Shown here piece after piece: positions 50,958 to 64,000 of a DNA stretch of 64,000 bases; position 1 is the stretch's first letter, and every line of letters starts with the position of its first letter. Under the pieces are notes generated by a model. It was not told the DNA's origin. It searched no databases and worked only from the letters and a program-made list of their open reading frames with translations. The translations under genes were made by a program, and so were the position numbers. The stretch is from Oculina patagonica (lineage: Eukaryota): NCBI RefSeq assembly GCF_052425735.1, contig NC_135762.1, positions 10,788,001 through 10,852,000 of the forward strand, read 5' to 3'.

Positions 50958-53900
50958 CCCATTTAAATCTTTTTAAAATCAAATTAAATCAGCAGCATTT
51001 TTTTCTCTCAGCACCACAGCTGTGTGTTTAGGTTATTAATAGAGTCACATTGCAAATCAAGGCTAAGCAATGGGGCCAAGTGGAGAGAGAATACAACAAA
51101 ATCGCACCGAACCGCAGCGCTCTTCTTTGTGGACACTTTCACATGGGATTCTAGCATGCAGTTGCCATCTGTCGTTTATGGCTAATAGAATACTAAATAG
51201 TCAACAGATGGTGGCTAAATTGTTCAACCCACGTGAGGCTCAAGGTAGGTCTGCCTTAATCTAATTACCCCTCCTGTACCAATTTCTGATACACCCCTAA
51301 ATTTCACACCCCCTTTCGCCGGTTTCGTGTCTTACAGCATCACCTTATTCGTGTATCCTGCTCTTGGTGATAGTCTCTGTCACAGCTTGCTGCTCGAGCG
51401 ATTGTTGTCAGCGTTCCTAACGCACGACGTGTGATTCGGCTTTCTGCACTTGAGCGAAATGTACCATTTTCTGGATGATGTATTGAATATAAACAGCACC
51501 TTTACTCCTTTATTGTTGGCACAAAAGATTTAGGCGTTTTATGTAATTTTCTATATTAACTTTTCTTTTATGGTAGAAATGCTATCATCTGCTGCAGATT
51601 CTAGTTTTCCACGCCAGATGAAAGACCAAAAGATCAAAACAGAGCGAGTCGAATGATACTCTTTTCTCAAGGCAGGCCATTACCTTCATTTATTATGCAC
51701 AGAACACAAGAAAGACTTGTTTTGTGAAGACGAACAAGAGAAAATGCATACTTTGACTCAATAATGTGAGCATAGAATTATAGTTTGATGTACCGACTCA
51801 AAGCCATGTAATTAATTTGATGGAAGTGCGAATAGAACCTTTGAAATCCCCTTAACACTCGTTACAGCCTAATGAAAAGATGGGCCAAATGTTAACTCAA
51901 TTTTGTTTGTGCAATTCAAATTGGATACAATATGTCGCTCATTTTTTTTCTAGCCAAAATAATAGTATTTTCTATTTTCTTCGTTGTCCATTTATTCAAC
52001 AGTGTTTTTGAACCGAACTCCTCTTTAAACAAAAAATAATCAGATCGAAAAAAAATTAATTCATACTAAAAAAAACAGTTTGTCTTTAAGCAAGATAAGA
52101 CAGAAAAATACCTTTTCTAAATAACAAAATGCTTTGACATCTTATCTTCAGTTTTATCTTGATACTTTCGAGAAAAAAAATTAGAACTCTGAGAAATTTT
52201 TAACCGTGATGAAATAATATTTGCATGCATGGTGGCATTCCCTTCCGAGAACGAAACATTTTCGTTGTTGGGGTTTTCTCATTAAAATGCCAAATGATCA
52301 TTCAACTCTTAGAAATTAATTTTTTCGTGGTAAATTGCGTTGTTTGCTTTGCAGACCGCAGCGAAATCTCAAAATTGTTACTCAATCTCGAAATTCTTAA
52401 AAATCCTTTGTTGAGTCCCTTGCCACTATGGTAAATTATCTGATTGCTACATAATAAAAAGTAATTAACTACTGTTAATCTATTTATCAAGTGACAATCC
52501 CTTCTCAGCACAGCACGTATCCTTCGAGCAAAATTACCAATTCATCTGTCCAACACGGAATTAAAACCTTCCTTGTGATCGACCTTTGATTTGTTTCGCA
52601 TTGGTAAAAGTCACCCCCGGCACTCAACCGCCGGAAATTGCTCCATTTTAAGCTTCGCACTGATCAACGCAATATTTTTTTATGTCGGTAAACGAATGAA
52701 TAAAAGTTTAATTTTGAGTATAACGCTGTCAAAACAGAATTGTTCTCGAGAAATTAAAGACGGCAAAATATTTCATTGAGCGTTAATAGTTGTGTTCACA
52801 AATGCCAAAGACGAGGGATTTCTTTAATGTGAATCGTGTCGCATTTCTAATGTATCACGTAAGCCGTTTCATTTCCGAAAAGCGGACACAAGCAAAAACG
52901 ATAAGTTATTTTTATCTTATACATGCACGTATTAAAAAAAGGGCGCATCTCCGAAATGTCTTTATTTATCTTTCCTGTTTTGCAAGTTCAACATTATGCG
53001 AAAACTGTGCCCGCTTATCAAAGTTTTCTTTTTATCTTCACCCCTGCTATCTGACACAGTTTAATGGGTAGTGTAGGCGTTGTTATCTTTGGTTGTTTTG
53101 ACGGTTTAAGTGTAATGTGTGGGACGACAAATGAGCACAACAGATGCAGCACGAATAAACCCAAAACTAGCGATGCGTTTGCGCATGCGCATTTAAATGC
53201 GTTTTTACCCTGAAACAGTATGTCATGCTAAGCGTATACAACACTCTCGTCTTTAAAAAACATGTGGTCAATTCTGGTATATGCCATAAAAACCAACGAG
53301 TGATAGTTTATTAAAGAAGCACGATCGTTTTCCTAGACAAAACTTGTCTACAGCTCATTCTTGTACCCTTTTAAAGATACATTTTTTTAATAATTAAGAA
53401 AATATAGAATAAAAACGAAACAGATACATCTATCCTGTAGGATTTTGTAGTAGAATATAATTTAGCTATAAATATATTAACGTGTAAGCGAAAACGACCT
53501 AGCGAAAGTCGTTAGGTCCTAATTACTTAACACGCTGCGTTTTTGCCATTGCTAATAATAATAATGCTTTAATTGTTATGGGAATACTGTCGACATACAC
53601 GGCTAAAATAACACAAATTCCTTTTCTCTCTCGTCGTTCTCTTTTAAATGATTTTGCTTAGCAAATACCAAATCTTCAACGATTTTTAAGTTGAGTGAAT
53701 GAATATTAAGCTATGGCTGATCAGAATTAGAAGATCAATTTTGGTTTATCCTTAGCTTCATTAAATTCCCTTGAGAAAGATATTTGTTTCAGAAATCCAT
53801 TAGCACGTTTTCTCCCATCAGAAAGTCGGAAATTGGATTTTCAATTTCCATTCCGAAATATAATCTATCAAAGAGAACAACAAGGGATACGTGAAATGTA

Positions 53901-56559
53901 AAGAGCAATTAAGGGGGATTTATACTTCATTTCCGCCAACGTACTTAATTTCTCAATCTCAGGGGTGTATGTGTAGGACGTTAATGAATTTGAACCTTGG
54001 AAATCTGTTGATATCCCATGGAACTGAAAAGTGTTATTTGACCTAGAGAAGAGTTCATTTCCTATCAATGTGCGAGTGTAAAAAGTAAACTTGAACTTTC
54101 TTGCGCAAAACCTTTGCCTTGTCCCCACCCCCTTGACAATGAAGTAACAAAAAGACACTTGAAACACACAGTACAAACCGAGTGAGGTTAAACGTCAAGA
54201 GAAACCTATTTTTCGCTGGTCGGTCGCTCGAAAATATCGTAAAGGTTTGAGATCTTTTAAGCTCTGGGATATTTTGGTTGGTTTTGCATCCATCTTTAGT
54301 CATGTATAGGCGAGTTGTCTTATTTTTTTGTGTTATTTGCATTGTTGTCTTTTTCTATAAGCGTTTTTTTTTTTAAAAAAGTTTAGATAAGCTAGATCCT
54401 GAGATCCGTGGATAGAACTCGGATATAAAATAATAAACTTGGCTGCCAACGTGTTCAACCCTGCTAGTGTTTAAAGAGATAATTTTTTGTTCCTAGTAGG
54501 ACGTTTTCTGTCACCATATTCAATCCAAATGCAAAGTGTTTGTCTCTTCAAGTATCTTTCTGATCTGCTATTGATTATTCGTGCCACTGCTGGTTGTTGT
54601 CGTAGAAGCTATATTGACTTAATAAATCTCAAAATATAGTTTTTTTCTTTCGTACAGTTTCGTCTTGACACTTCTTGCTAAGTGAGTATTTTGCATTTTT
54701 TTTAATACAGAGCAAAAAAATAAGGTATTACTATATCGGACATGTTCATTTTCTTCATAGAGCTTTTACTGCGCTTTATAATGTATTTATTAGAAAACGA
54801 GCAAATACAAGTTTAAGGTATCCTTTTGAGCAGCTTTTCTCGACAGAACTGGATTCATGATACGGGTAGCTTATTATTAGACAGAAATTAACTTGATTTC
54901 AGCTAAAGACTAAAATTGGAAGAATATAACGAAAGAAACTGAATTCGTACCCTGCTAGTAAGAATAGGCAGGACTCGATAAAACATAATAGAGTCTACAC
55001 GAATGTTTGTATACTGACTTTTTAAAATTAAAATGCAACGAAGGTCGACTGGCAATTACAAGGTTGTTTTACCAAACTGTCAAGTTTTGCAAACACAAAA
55101 CTACATGTAGCCACGAGATATGTCGAAGGTAAAATGATTCTTGAAACAGCCAGTAAAATCAGATTTTAGATTTTAAAACAGATTTCGTTAGTATGATACT
55201 AACGAAATCTGCCAGTGCCCTGTGATTGTAGTAATTCATATTTTAACCTTTTTTTATGTAGCTGGTTATGTTTATATTACTGAATCGGCGATGCAAGATG
55301 CGGGGCATAAAACAGAAAAAAGAGTCACACATACACAGCGACAGTATCTCATTTTACCTTGGAAAATGACCATGCAATAGCAGTTCAATTGCGAGGTCTT
55401 TCCCGTACCACCTCTTTTTTTTTTCAAAAGATTTGTATGCCTTTTCTTTGAATAACTTAGATAACATCAGCCTCATGGGAATAAAACGAGGACTCGCAAC
55501 GCCTCTCGCTTTGAAAACAAAGCAAAGACACTTAGCATACTCTCACTGATGTCCTCATTAACGACTAGGAGAAGAAGTGGCAAGTCGATAAAAAGAAGGC
55601 GATTTAAATGCGAAAAGAAAGCAAAATAACCGGGGACTTCAACGCAATGTGTCACCACGCACTTTTAATTCGGCAATAGACTGAGTTTCTGAAGCACGCG
55701 GACGCCAGTATATTTGAAAAACTCAGAGAGGTCTTAGAACCGCGGCGTTTGTGTTCTGCCTATCAAGAAATGTAACTGAAAAGCATTAAAAGCCCCATTC
55801 ATTAGACTTCAACTCATTACGAAAACTACTTTACCAGTTTAAGGATGCAATACTATCTAATCTTTTAACTTCACGATAAAAGAAATAAAACAAGCCGAGA
55901 AAAACTTATTTTCCTAAGTTTTAAAACGAGAAAAACCTTTAGGAGACTCCAAGGTAATCCGCTGTTAACAGAAAGTACAACAAGTTAGTAGAATTAAAGG
56001 TGTCTTTTAATATTGGAAACGATATTCTAAAGGCGCAGAAAAGCGTTTGTTAAGCCGTTTCCTATATTTTGCGGCTTCGTAGTGCTAATCCCCTTAGTTA
56101 AGTAATATTCTTTCGTTTTCTGCGGGTAGTTAGCGGAGATTATTAGATCGGGAAACAATACTGGTTGCGGAAACAAAGGAGGTCGTTTTTCAATACAACC
56201 GTCAAAATTATCACAATCTCTTGTTACAGTTATTGACTTAGCGTAAAGACACGGGCCAACAAAACGTCTGAAAACATGGAAGTTTAACTTTGTTACGTGA
56301 CACAGTAAGTCATCTTTATGGCGCGAACGTGCTTGTTTTGATTCGCGACGAAATCATAAGCGTAAAAGCATACACTTTTTAGTGCTCAAATGTAAATAAT
56401 TTCACAACCAATATATGCGTTTAAAAGGGAAGTTCAGTGAAAAAATAACAACTCGGACAGATTTTATTCCGCTTACTAAGTCAATGTTCTCTAACTTGAG
56501 CAAACAAACTCGCAAATTTTGTCTTCGTCTTAGCATCCCAGGTGACGTGTTCCCAGAGC

Positions 56560-57633
56560 CCGTCATCTCATCGTTTCAAATTCAATGTTTTGGTACTTTT
56601 CTCATTATGTATGGCATTTTAGTTGCTTTTTCTTAATCAACTCTCACTTTTTAAAAATACAGTTTTGATAACAATTAACAACTGTATGCCGGTTTTACGA
56701 AGACCTTTTCCTTTAGTTTTTGTCAATGTAAATAAAGCTATATAGTATTTCAGACGTCATTCCATTTCTTATTTTCCCCTGCTCTCTCGTAGACGAAATG
56801 CTCACTTTCAATAAATTTAAGAACTGGGTAACAACCCCTGCCAAAAGCATAACCGCCGTTTTGTTTTAACAGTTTTGCGGCACTTTTTTGTATGATTATT
56901 GAAATTCTTAGCGTCCAACAGCACAAAGGTTTGGCCGGTGGCCACGGCTTTTTCATTCAACTTTAAATCTCTTTTTCTCAATCTGAAAAGAATACCGAGT
57001 TCAGCCCTTAATCTTTCAATCTTTTCAATACATTCAGTTGTTATCACAGGGGAGAACAATTACTTCTTATTCGTCCCAAAGCGTATTCCAGTCATCTCAT
57101 CGTTTGAAAATCAATGTTTTAGTACTTTTCTTTTTATATGTGTGGAATTTTAGTTGCTTTTTCTTAGTCAACACTCGCTGTTCTAAATAAATTTTTGATG
57201 ACAATTAATAACTGTATGCCGGTTTAACGAAGATCTTTGCTTCAGTTTTTGACAGTGTAAATACAACTGTACAGTTTTCAGACATCTTTCAATTTCTTAT
57301 TTTATCCCGCTGTAAACGAACAACACGTAAATTTAAGAAATCAGTAACATACCCTGCTATAACGGATGACCGCCATTTTTTCAACAGTTATGCCGCATCT
57401 TTTTTGTATGATTATTGAAATTCTAAGCGCCCAAGAGCACAAAAGTTGCCCCGGTGGCCACGACATTTTTATTCAACTTTAAATCTCTTTATTCAATCTA
57501 AACTAAAAAGAACACTGAGTGCGATCTCTTTCAATCTTTTTGATACATTCAGTTCTTATCACAGAACAGGACAATTACTTCTTATTCGTCGCAAAACGTA
57601 TTCCTAAATCCTATTCGTCCCAAAGCGTATTCC
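56560..57633. repeat. Diverged ~530-bp tandem duplication upstream of PaxC
   Basis: Units start GTCATCTCATCGTTT(C/G)AAA at ~56562 and ~57091. Shared blocks include AACTGTATGCCGGTTT, TTTTTTGTATGATTATTGAAATTCT, CCGGTGGCCACG and ACAATTACTTCTTATTCGTC. Confidence 0.85.
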
Positions 57634-60426
57634 TTAAACATTTTCGTGTTGATTTATTCGTAACGTTCCTCAGTATTTTCATCGCCAAGACTGGACAAGG
57701 GGTAATTATGACTCCAAAACGTCAAAAATGTTCGATACTCTCTTTGATTCTTATCTTGTGCACCGTTTGCATTGTTTTGTCTGTACGGAAAACTTTGGCA
57801 CAGCGTTTTAGAAAAAGCACTATTAAGTCTATTTATTACATTAAAACATAATATTTCACCTTGCCATCAAGTTATCTTTGTAACACCATTCTCGAGAGTG
57901 GCTTTTTACAAGAATTACGATCCTTTAAGTAGCAGATAGCCTAGTTCGAATATTGCACGTCAGGAACATATGTAGTGAAATCTATTCTACTATTCGAATA
58001 GGCTAAAATTGTTCGAGTCCTTTTCTCAACAGAATTTTTGCGAAGTAACGCCGATTTCAATTGCATTTACACTTCAATAACAACAAAGCAATGAAATGGC
58101 GTGTCAATTTTGAACATTTCTGTTCATTTTGTACATTTTAAAATGTTCAGTATGAAGACGGTCCTATTTCTTTCAAACAGAATTTTTTTCATTGTAAATG
58201 ATACGTTTTCTTACCTAACTTCTTTAAACTCATTTCATTTTCTACTTACAATAAACACTCCCCACTCAATTTAACGTGTTACAATTTCTGCAGGTGTCAT
58301 TGGGGTGAAATTTGAGCAACTGCGTAAAAAGGCTACATACGTAGATGTTAATTTCTAACTCAATTGTCCGGTTGCTTGTTGCTTCTTTATGGTTGTCACT
58401 CTGTTTTACGTTTCTGTACCATGGTAAGTTTCTTAAGATTTAAGAATACTAGCAACATTTTCTGAAGTAGTATATGTAACTTTAAAGTTTAATTATGTCT
58501 ACTTGTTATGTAACTATGATATATGGCTTCGTTAAAAGAGTCTTAAGTCAGGGTCTAAAATCCAAAGATTTTTTTTTTAAGGTTCGGAAAGGTTTCTCGC
58601 CAATGATTCACCGGACGACTTAAATATCAACAAGAATAGTCTTCGTCTGAGAATAGTTTTGTAGTTTTTTTTTTCTTTTAATGCAAGTGATTTGGTTCAC
58701 GGCGTTTTCCCAGGAGCGTTTTTTTATCGGTTTTATCTGTTATACGATCTAAGATGAAAAGAAATATCGAGCTTGTGAAAAGATCTTTTAGATGGATATT
58801 TTAAGCCTTTTAGAAACGTCAGTGCCTGAAGTATTGGGATCAATACAAGTTCAGCAGTTTGCAGTGCATGATTTGTGTCATCTTGGATTCTTCGGCCGGC
58901 TTCTTGAATCTCTAAATAAGTCGAGTGTAAAGATTTACTGTGGGTCTGCCTTCAAAGAAACTTTTGTTTGTATGCGAAGTTAAACTTCAGAACAGTGACC
59001 TCCAAAAAACTAGAGCTTGCATTTTTAGTGAAAGCTTTTAGAAAGAAATTTGCATGACAAATAGTGTTTGTATACTTTGTGGCTCTAAATCGACATAAAA
59101 CGGCTCTTTTCTGACACCAGTGCACTCTACGGATAATATCTTTAAGATAGCTTCCCATTGTTCTCCTTGTCCGCACGTTGCAGGACAATAGGAACTTGTT
59201 TTAACTAAATAGCCCAATAACAATTAGAAAGTGATTAATGCTGGGTAAATTGAATATCACTTTTGAAGACTTTTAGGGTCTTTTTCGAACCCCAGACATG
59301 GAATAAATATCGGTTTTCATTGAACAAAGTAATTAAAAACATAACCAGGTGATGACAACACTAAAAGTCGCACGGACGTTTTTTGGAAAACTCAAGAAAA
59401 ACGGGCTCAATCTATCATTCAGCATAGTTTTAAGCCGACATCGGACGGAAGCCTTACAATAATTAACAATTTATGAACGTTTTAATAAAACGCCATTTAT
59501 CTATGACACTTTTGGTTTTAAAGAAATTGAAAATTAGTAAAACATGTCACATATGATGGAGAGCAATTTCCGTCGTTTTAGTCACAATCACTTTTACTGA
59601 CATTTTTTTTGTAATTTCCATTTTTTTAACTACAGTGAATGTGTTGATGTGGTGCGCTAATGAGAGGTTTCAGTTTTGCCTTGTTTGATCGAACGTAAAA
59701 CAAGCGATTGCAGTCAAAACCATGTCTCCTTTTTCCGGCATAGCAACTATTTTTTTAAACGTCGATGTTTAGCTTTCATGCGTGCAGTAAACACAACGCA
59801 TGTAATCTCGTATTATCGTCAAAGGAAAACCTGCTCGCTGTTATTATCCTCTCGAGACTTCTTTCTAAATATCGCCTATTTGCATATAATTCAGTTGTAA
59901 TGATTATCAACGTCGATACTGTTTTCTTTGTTAAAAGACATTTTGCAGCCGAAGACAAGCAGGCAGTCACAGATCGTCGATACCACCTGCCGGCAAGAGC
60001 TCTGCCTTGCACTCTAGGTGATCTCTTTATCTGCATGATAAAATGTGGGATTGAAGAAAATCTGCTGGGTTCACCCGCCCATGCTCCTTGCGAAGTTATA
60101 ATGGGCCATTAGTCTAAAACTCCCATTTCATAATATTTTAAGCCTGTGTACATTCGCTAGTCGAGAGAGAAGTGTTATTTGGTATTACGTTTAGAATGTT
60201 GCTTTAATATTCCTGTGTATTTTGCGTCTTATTTAATCATTAAATATTATATATTAATGAACCTCTGCCTTTTCATGTGACGTTTTCATTTGCTTAAAAA
60301 TATATATTTTTATTTTCCTGTTCTAAGAATGCATCTAGAAATTCAGGTAATACGTTAACCATTCCTCTGGACGATAAAATCGAAATGAAGAAGAACTTCA
60401 TGAAGTTCTTCTTCATGATCAGTGTA

Positions 60427-60688
60427 CCGTATTTTCTCGATTAAACGCTGGGTACCGAATAAACGCCGGGTCTCCAAGGTGGAATTGAAAATAGGCCCCT
60501 GAGGTAATTATTTAAGGTATAATAAGCTAAAGCTATATCAGCCGGTTACATTTTTGTCAAAGGGAACGAATAAAAATCGTTGTTAAATGAAATTCTGGCT
60601 CGAATAAACTGCAGAAGTCAAATAAACGCCGGGTCTACCAGGCCAAGTTTGTAATAAACGCCGGGAGCGTCTAATCGAGAAAGTACGG
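60427..60688. mobile_element. Tc1/mariner-pogo-type MITE
   Basis: TA TSD; TIR CCGTATTTTCTCGATTAAACGC / GCGTCTAATCGAGAAAGTACGG. Confidence 0.78.
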
Positions 60689-62346
60689 TACTCCCAATTA
60701 CGATGGAACATTTATTTTTATTTCTATTTCAGAATAATCTCGCTAATTCTGGTGTATTTTGCATGGTTTAATTGATAAATACATAAACATACCTCTGTCT
60801 TTTATGAACGCTTTTCATTTCCTTCAAAGTACATTTTTTTCTCCTTTTTTGAGCATGCACTGCGAACCATGTTTAAATATGGCACGATTAGACCTCCACT
60901 CAGTGTAAACCAAAATCAACTTTCTTTTGCTTTATTATCCACTATGAATACAGCAGAAATTAATGAACTTTCCCTGGTCGATAAATTTGGAGTGAAGAAA
61001 ACGTGCCGTGTACACCCACACTCGTAGAGAAAATAAACGGGCCATTAATTTTAAATTAAACCTCTATTTCATATTATTTTCGCTAATTCTTGTATACTCT
61101 GCATAAATATACCTCTACCAGTTATGTAATGTTATTTTCATTCGTTTTAAAATGCATTTTATTCTCTTTTCTTAGCTTACGCTACGAATCTTGTTTCAAA
61201 GAACGCGTGTTAACATGCTTCAACTTTCTTTTGCTTTCCACAAAACAACTAAGCCACACTGACTTATCTGATATAATCTTTCGTTTTACTAAAAAGAAGC
61301 ATTTTAAAGAAGTGTTCTATGGTTCAATGGCGTTAGCAGTAAGTTCAGTTTTACCTCATTTCTACTGTTATTTATTGCTTAAAGGGAATTCAGAAAATAG
61401 ACAATGGCACAGACAACCGACTAATTCTGCACTGAAAGTCTTGGGTCAGATCATAGAATCTATAATTTCTTTAAAAAAACCCGCAAATTCAAGTGCTCGC
61501 AAATTTAAATATCGCTTAACTTTACATTCGCTAGCGGTTTTTTATCAACAGAAAAAGAAGAGGAAAACAAAACGAATTCAAACGAAACGAAACCACATCG
61601 GCCGTTTTCAAAGGCCAGTACAGGACAAATCTCTCTAGTCACGGCAGATTTTTTAGTACGCATCATAATGTTTACCCAGGTGATTATAGGTTTATCGACT
61701 CATTTATTTAAGTCTGGGTAGCTTTACCTAAGTTTACTCGTGTTTGTTGGCTCTCGAGAATAGAACCCAGTTTATTTTATAGAAAAACCTCGTTTTTATT
61801 TTCTGTTTAGCCGTCTACTGTTATGCGTCCCATTTCTATACCCCACGGCTTTAGCGTCTCAGACCTTAAATGCATATAGTCTCTAGCATGAAAACGGCCT
61901 TTGCGGGTTATGGGTTAAAGAAGCATGAATAAAAGCAGGAACGTTAGACAAAATATCATCTCAAACGGCTCTTGTTAGCAATTTTGACTGAGGTGTAAAT
62001 TTAGATGTGGCAACGGTATCGTGAAAAAAAAAAAGGAAAATTAAGAAAATCAGGCACATGCTGTTCTTCAAGCCGCTAAGAAAAGTACCTTTTAATAAAG
62101 TACTTGTTATATGTATATTCTCTTGCTTCGGGGCACATTTCCAGGCTCTTATCAAAACATTGCCTCAATATAGTTATTTTCTAAGTTAATATAATTATTG
62201 AATCATTTCGCGTTTGACGATCACGTGCTTGTTAGTGAAAAGATTACAAATCTCTCCAACCTTTATGACGAAAACGTTCGCATATTACATTTCGTCTACA
62301 AAGGAAAATCGTCAGTAATAACATTGGCGAGACCACGCGAAATTAA

Positions 62347-62709
62347 GGGGACTGTACCACGATTTTTTTCTAAATTAAGGCATGGAAAATGTCTATTAAA
62401 TTCAGGGACATTTCAATAACACACTAAATTCAAAAGAAGGTACGGATGGCCAAAAGCGACGAAGATTAAAATGGATTGCGATATGGGTTTTTGAAATATC
62501 GTTGGGCAGAATAGTTTTTAAAGTTTATTTTGTTTGCTTGTAACTTTAAATTATTACTTCCGGGAGACCCATTTGGTTGTAATGGAACTATGGTTTTGTT
62601 ATTAAGATCCATATAATTAATTTCGTAGCAAACATTACGTTTCATAGCGAGTACTTGGCAAAAAATAAAAAAAAATATATATACTTAGCTCACTCGTGAC
62701 ACAGTCCCT
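62347..62709. mobile_element. Kolobok-like MITE
   Basis: TTAA TSD; RR...YY ends GGGGACTGTACCACGA / TCGTGACACAGTCCCT. Confidence 0.72.
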
Positions 62710-62783
62710 TTAAGGTTGACATTTTTGACCACTCAAACCCTTGTAATCAGATTGTAATGACTCTGAACCCGCCTGCCATCTAA

Positions 62784-62944
62784 GGGCGCGTTAGTTTGGG
62801 AATATTCTGGAATAAGTATATATTCCGGAATCGGAATATATTCCGGCGATTCTGCTCCTGGGAGCAGAATAGCCGGAATGGAAATCCAAGTGTACCGGAA
62901 TACCAATGATTCTTATTCCGGATTGATCCCAAACGATCGCGCCC
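62784..62944. mobile_element. PIF/Harbinger-like MITE
   Basis: TAA TSD; TIR GGGCGCGTTAGTTTGGG / CCCAAACGATCGCGCCC; internal TTCCGGAAT repeats. Confidence 0.78.
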
Positions 62945-64000
62945 TAAGTTAGAATCCTTCTTAGTCATTCTTTTAACCGTGGCGAATCTTTGTACGGCAC
63001 AATCTTTCCACGAGGGCGGAATGGTCGAAGGCTTTGTGATTGAAGAATGGAATCTTAGCTTGAGCAAGCATGTCCACTCCTACTTTGTTCCCATCGCGTA
63101 TTACTTACAACATAAAAAATGTGCGCACGTTGCGGTCTGTGCAGGTGTAGCAAGGGAAGGGACAAGGGGAAGTCGGGCGCATAGCACGATCCAGGCTAGG
63201 GAGTTGGGGGGTGGTAACGAAACGGAATTCGTGCGCTTGGGTTACTTCCATTTAAAAGGCAACCGGGTGACTGTAGTAGCGGTTTTGGGGCTAAAGTTCT
63301 GCTTATAGGGAGTAAAAATCCAAAAATGACCACCGCTTAAGTTATAATATAAAGAATTCTCACTGGCGAGGTCCGATTTCCAACTTTTGACTTATTGCCT
63401 CTCTTCTCTCTTTTCATTTCTTTTGGCTGCGAGTCTCAGTTATATAACAATGTACAGATGATGTAAAAACGTGGCAAGCACAAAAAGTCGTACTTCATTG
63501 CACAAGAAAAAGTCGAGTAGCGTCAACCTCGTTCCCAGGGCTCCTTCCCGGGAGAGGACCCTGGAAACGAGGATGATGTGGCGTGACTGTTGTTTTTGTC
63601 ACGGTTTGAGGTGGTAACAACATGTTTTATGCATTTAAAATTAATTTTGGTGAAACTTAATGTCTTAAACTATACGAAGTAGAAACTTACCTCTTTTACT
63701 TCCTAAAACGAGGAAAAATGACTTGAATTCTTGCTGTTGGTCGCTTCACGACGGACGAATCAGCTTAAAAAGATTTCTGTTGCCATGGATTTTCGCAGTC
63801 ATAATTTGTGTCGTCGCATTAAGCTAAAAAGACTTAATTTAAAAGTCCTCGTCGCATTAAGCTAAAAAGATTGCTTCAGCCTTAACTCATTCGGTTTTCT
63901 TTTTCTTGAGCAATCAATTTCAAATTCATATTCATAGATCTACTTAAATGTTTCCATGGCCTATTTCTAGTTTGACTGACGCATGTCGCTGTTTTGCGGG

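Noticed and set aside
56560-57633. Tandem ~530-bp units as a retrozyme array or CRISPR-like array
   Set aside because: No hammerhead core or repeat-spacer structure; a simple diverged duplication in a eukaryotic genome
61090-61638. 182-aa ORF upstream of PaxC
   Set aside because: Non-ATG start, AT-rich low-information composition, overlaps a duplicated non-coding block, no motif

Overview
Eukaryotic, intron-rich, AT-rich animal DNA, most likely anthozoan cnidarian (scleractinian coral-like, judged from a PaxC-type gene and the repeat families). Four protein-coding genes lie in tandem on the minus strand. (1) A gelsolin/villin-family gene: ATG 9117, 11 exons in the window, running off the left edge. 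(2) A complete 16-exon TM9SF3 (15153-26440). (3) A complete 12-exon PAK1IP1/MAK11-like WD40 gene (28393-42365). (4) A PaxC paired+homeobox gene (44333-50677) with a 1-nt frameshift at the start of the homeobox. A 184-nt N gap lies at 42901-43084. Introns and intergenic DNA are dense with MITEs, SINEs and LINE remnants. The most notable structures come from Penelope-like elements (PLEs) carrying minimal hammerhead ribozymes. One is a very young head-to-head inverted insertion (apparently identical 576-bp arms, 12-bp TSD, one hammerhead per strand) in a gelsolin/villin intron. Another is a second PLE family fragment with a hammerhead-like motif, whose pre-insertion 'empty site' survives in a neighbouring duplication. 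There is also a GC-rich tRNA-like/hammerhead-like island in PaxC intron 1. All exon structures were assembled by eye from splice sites and reading phase; no database search was run.
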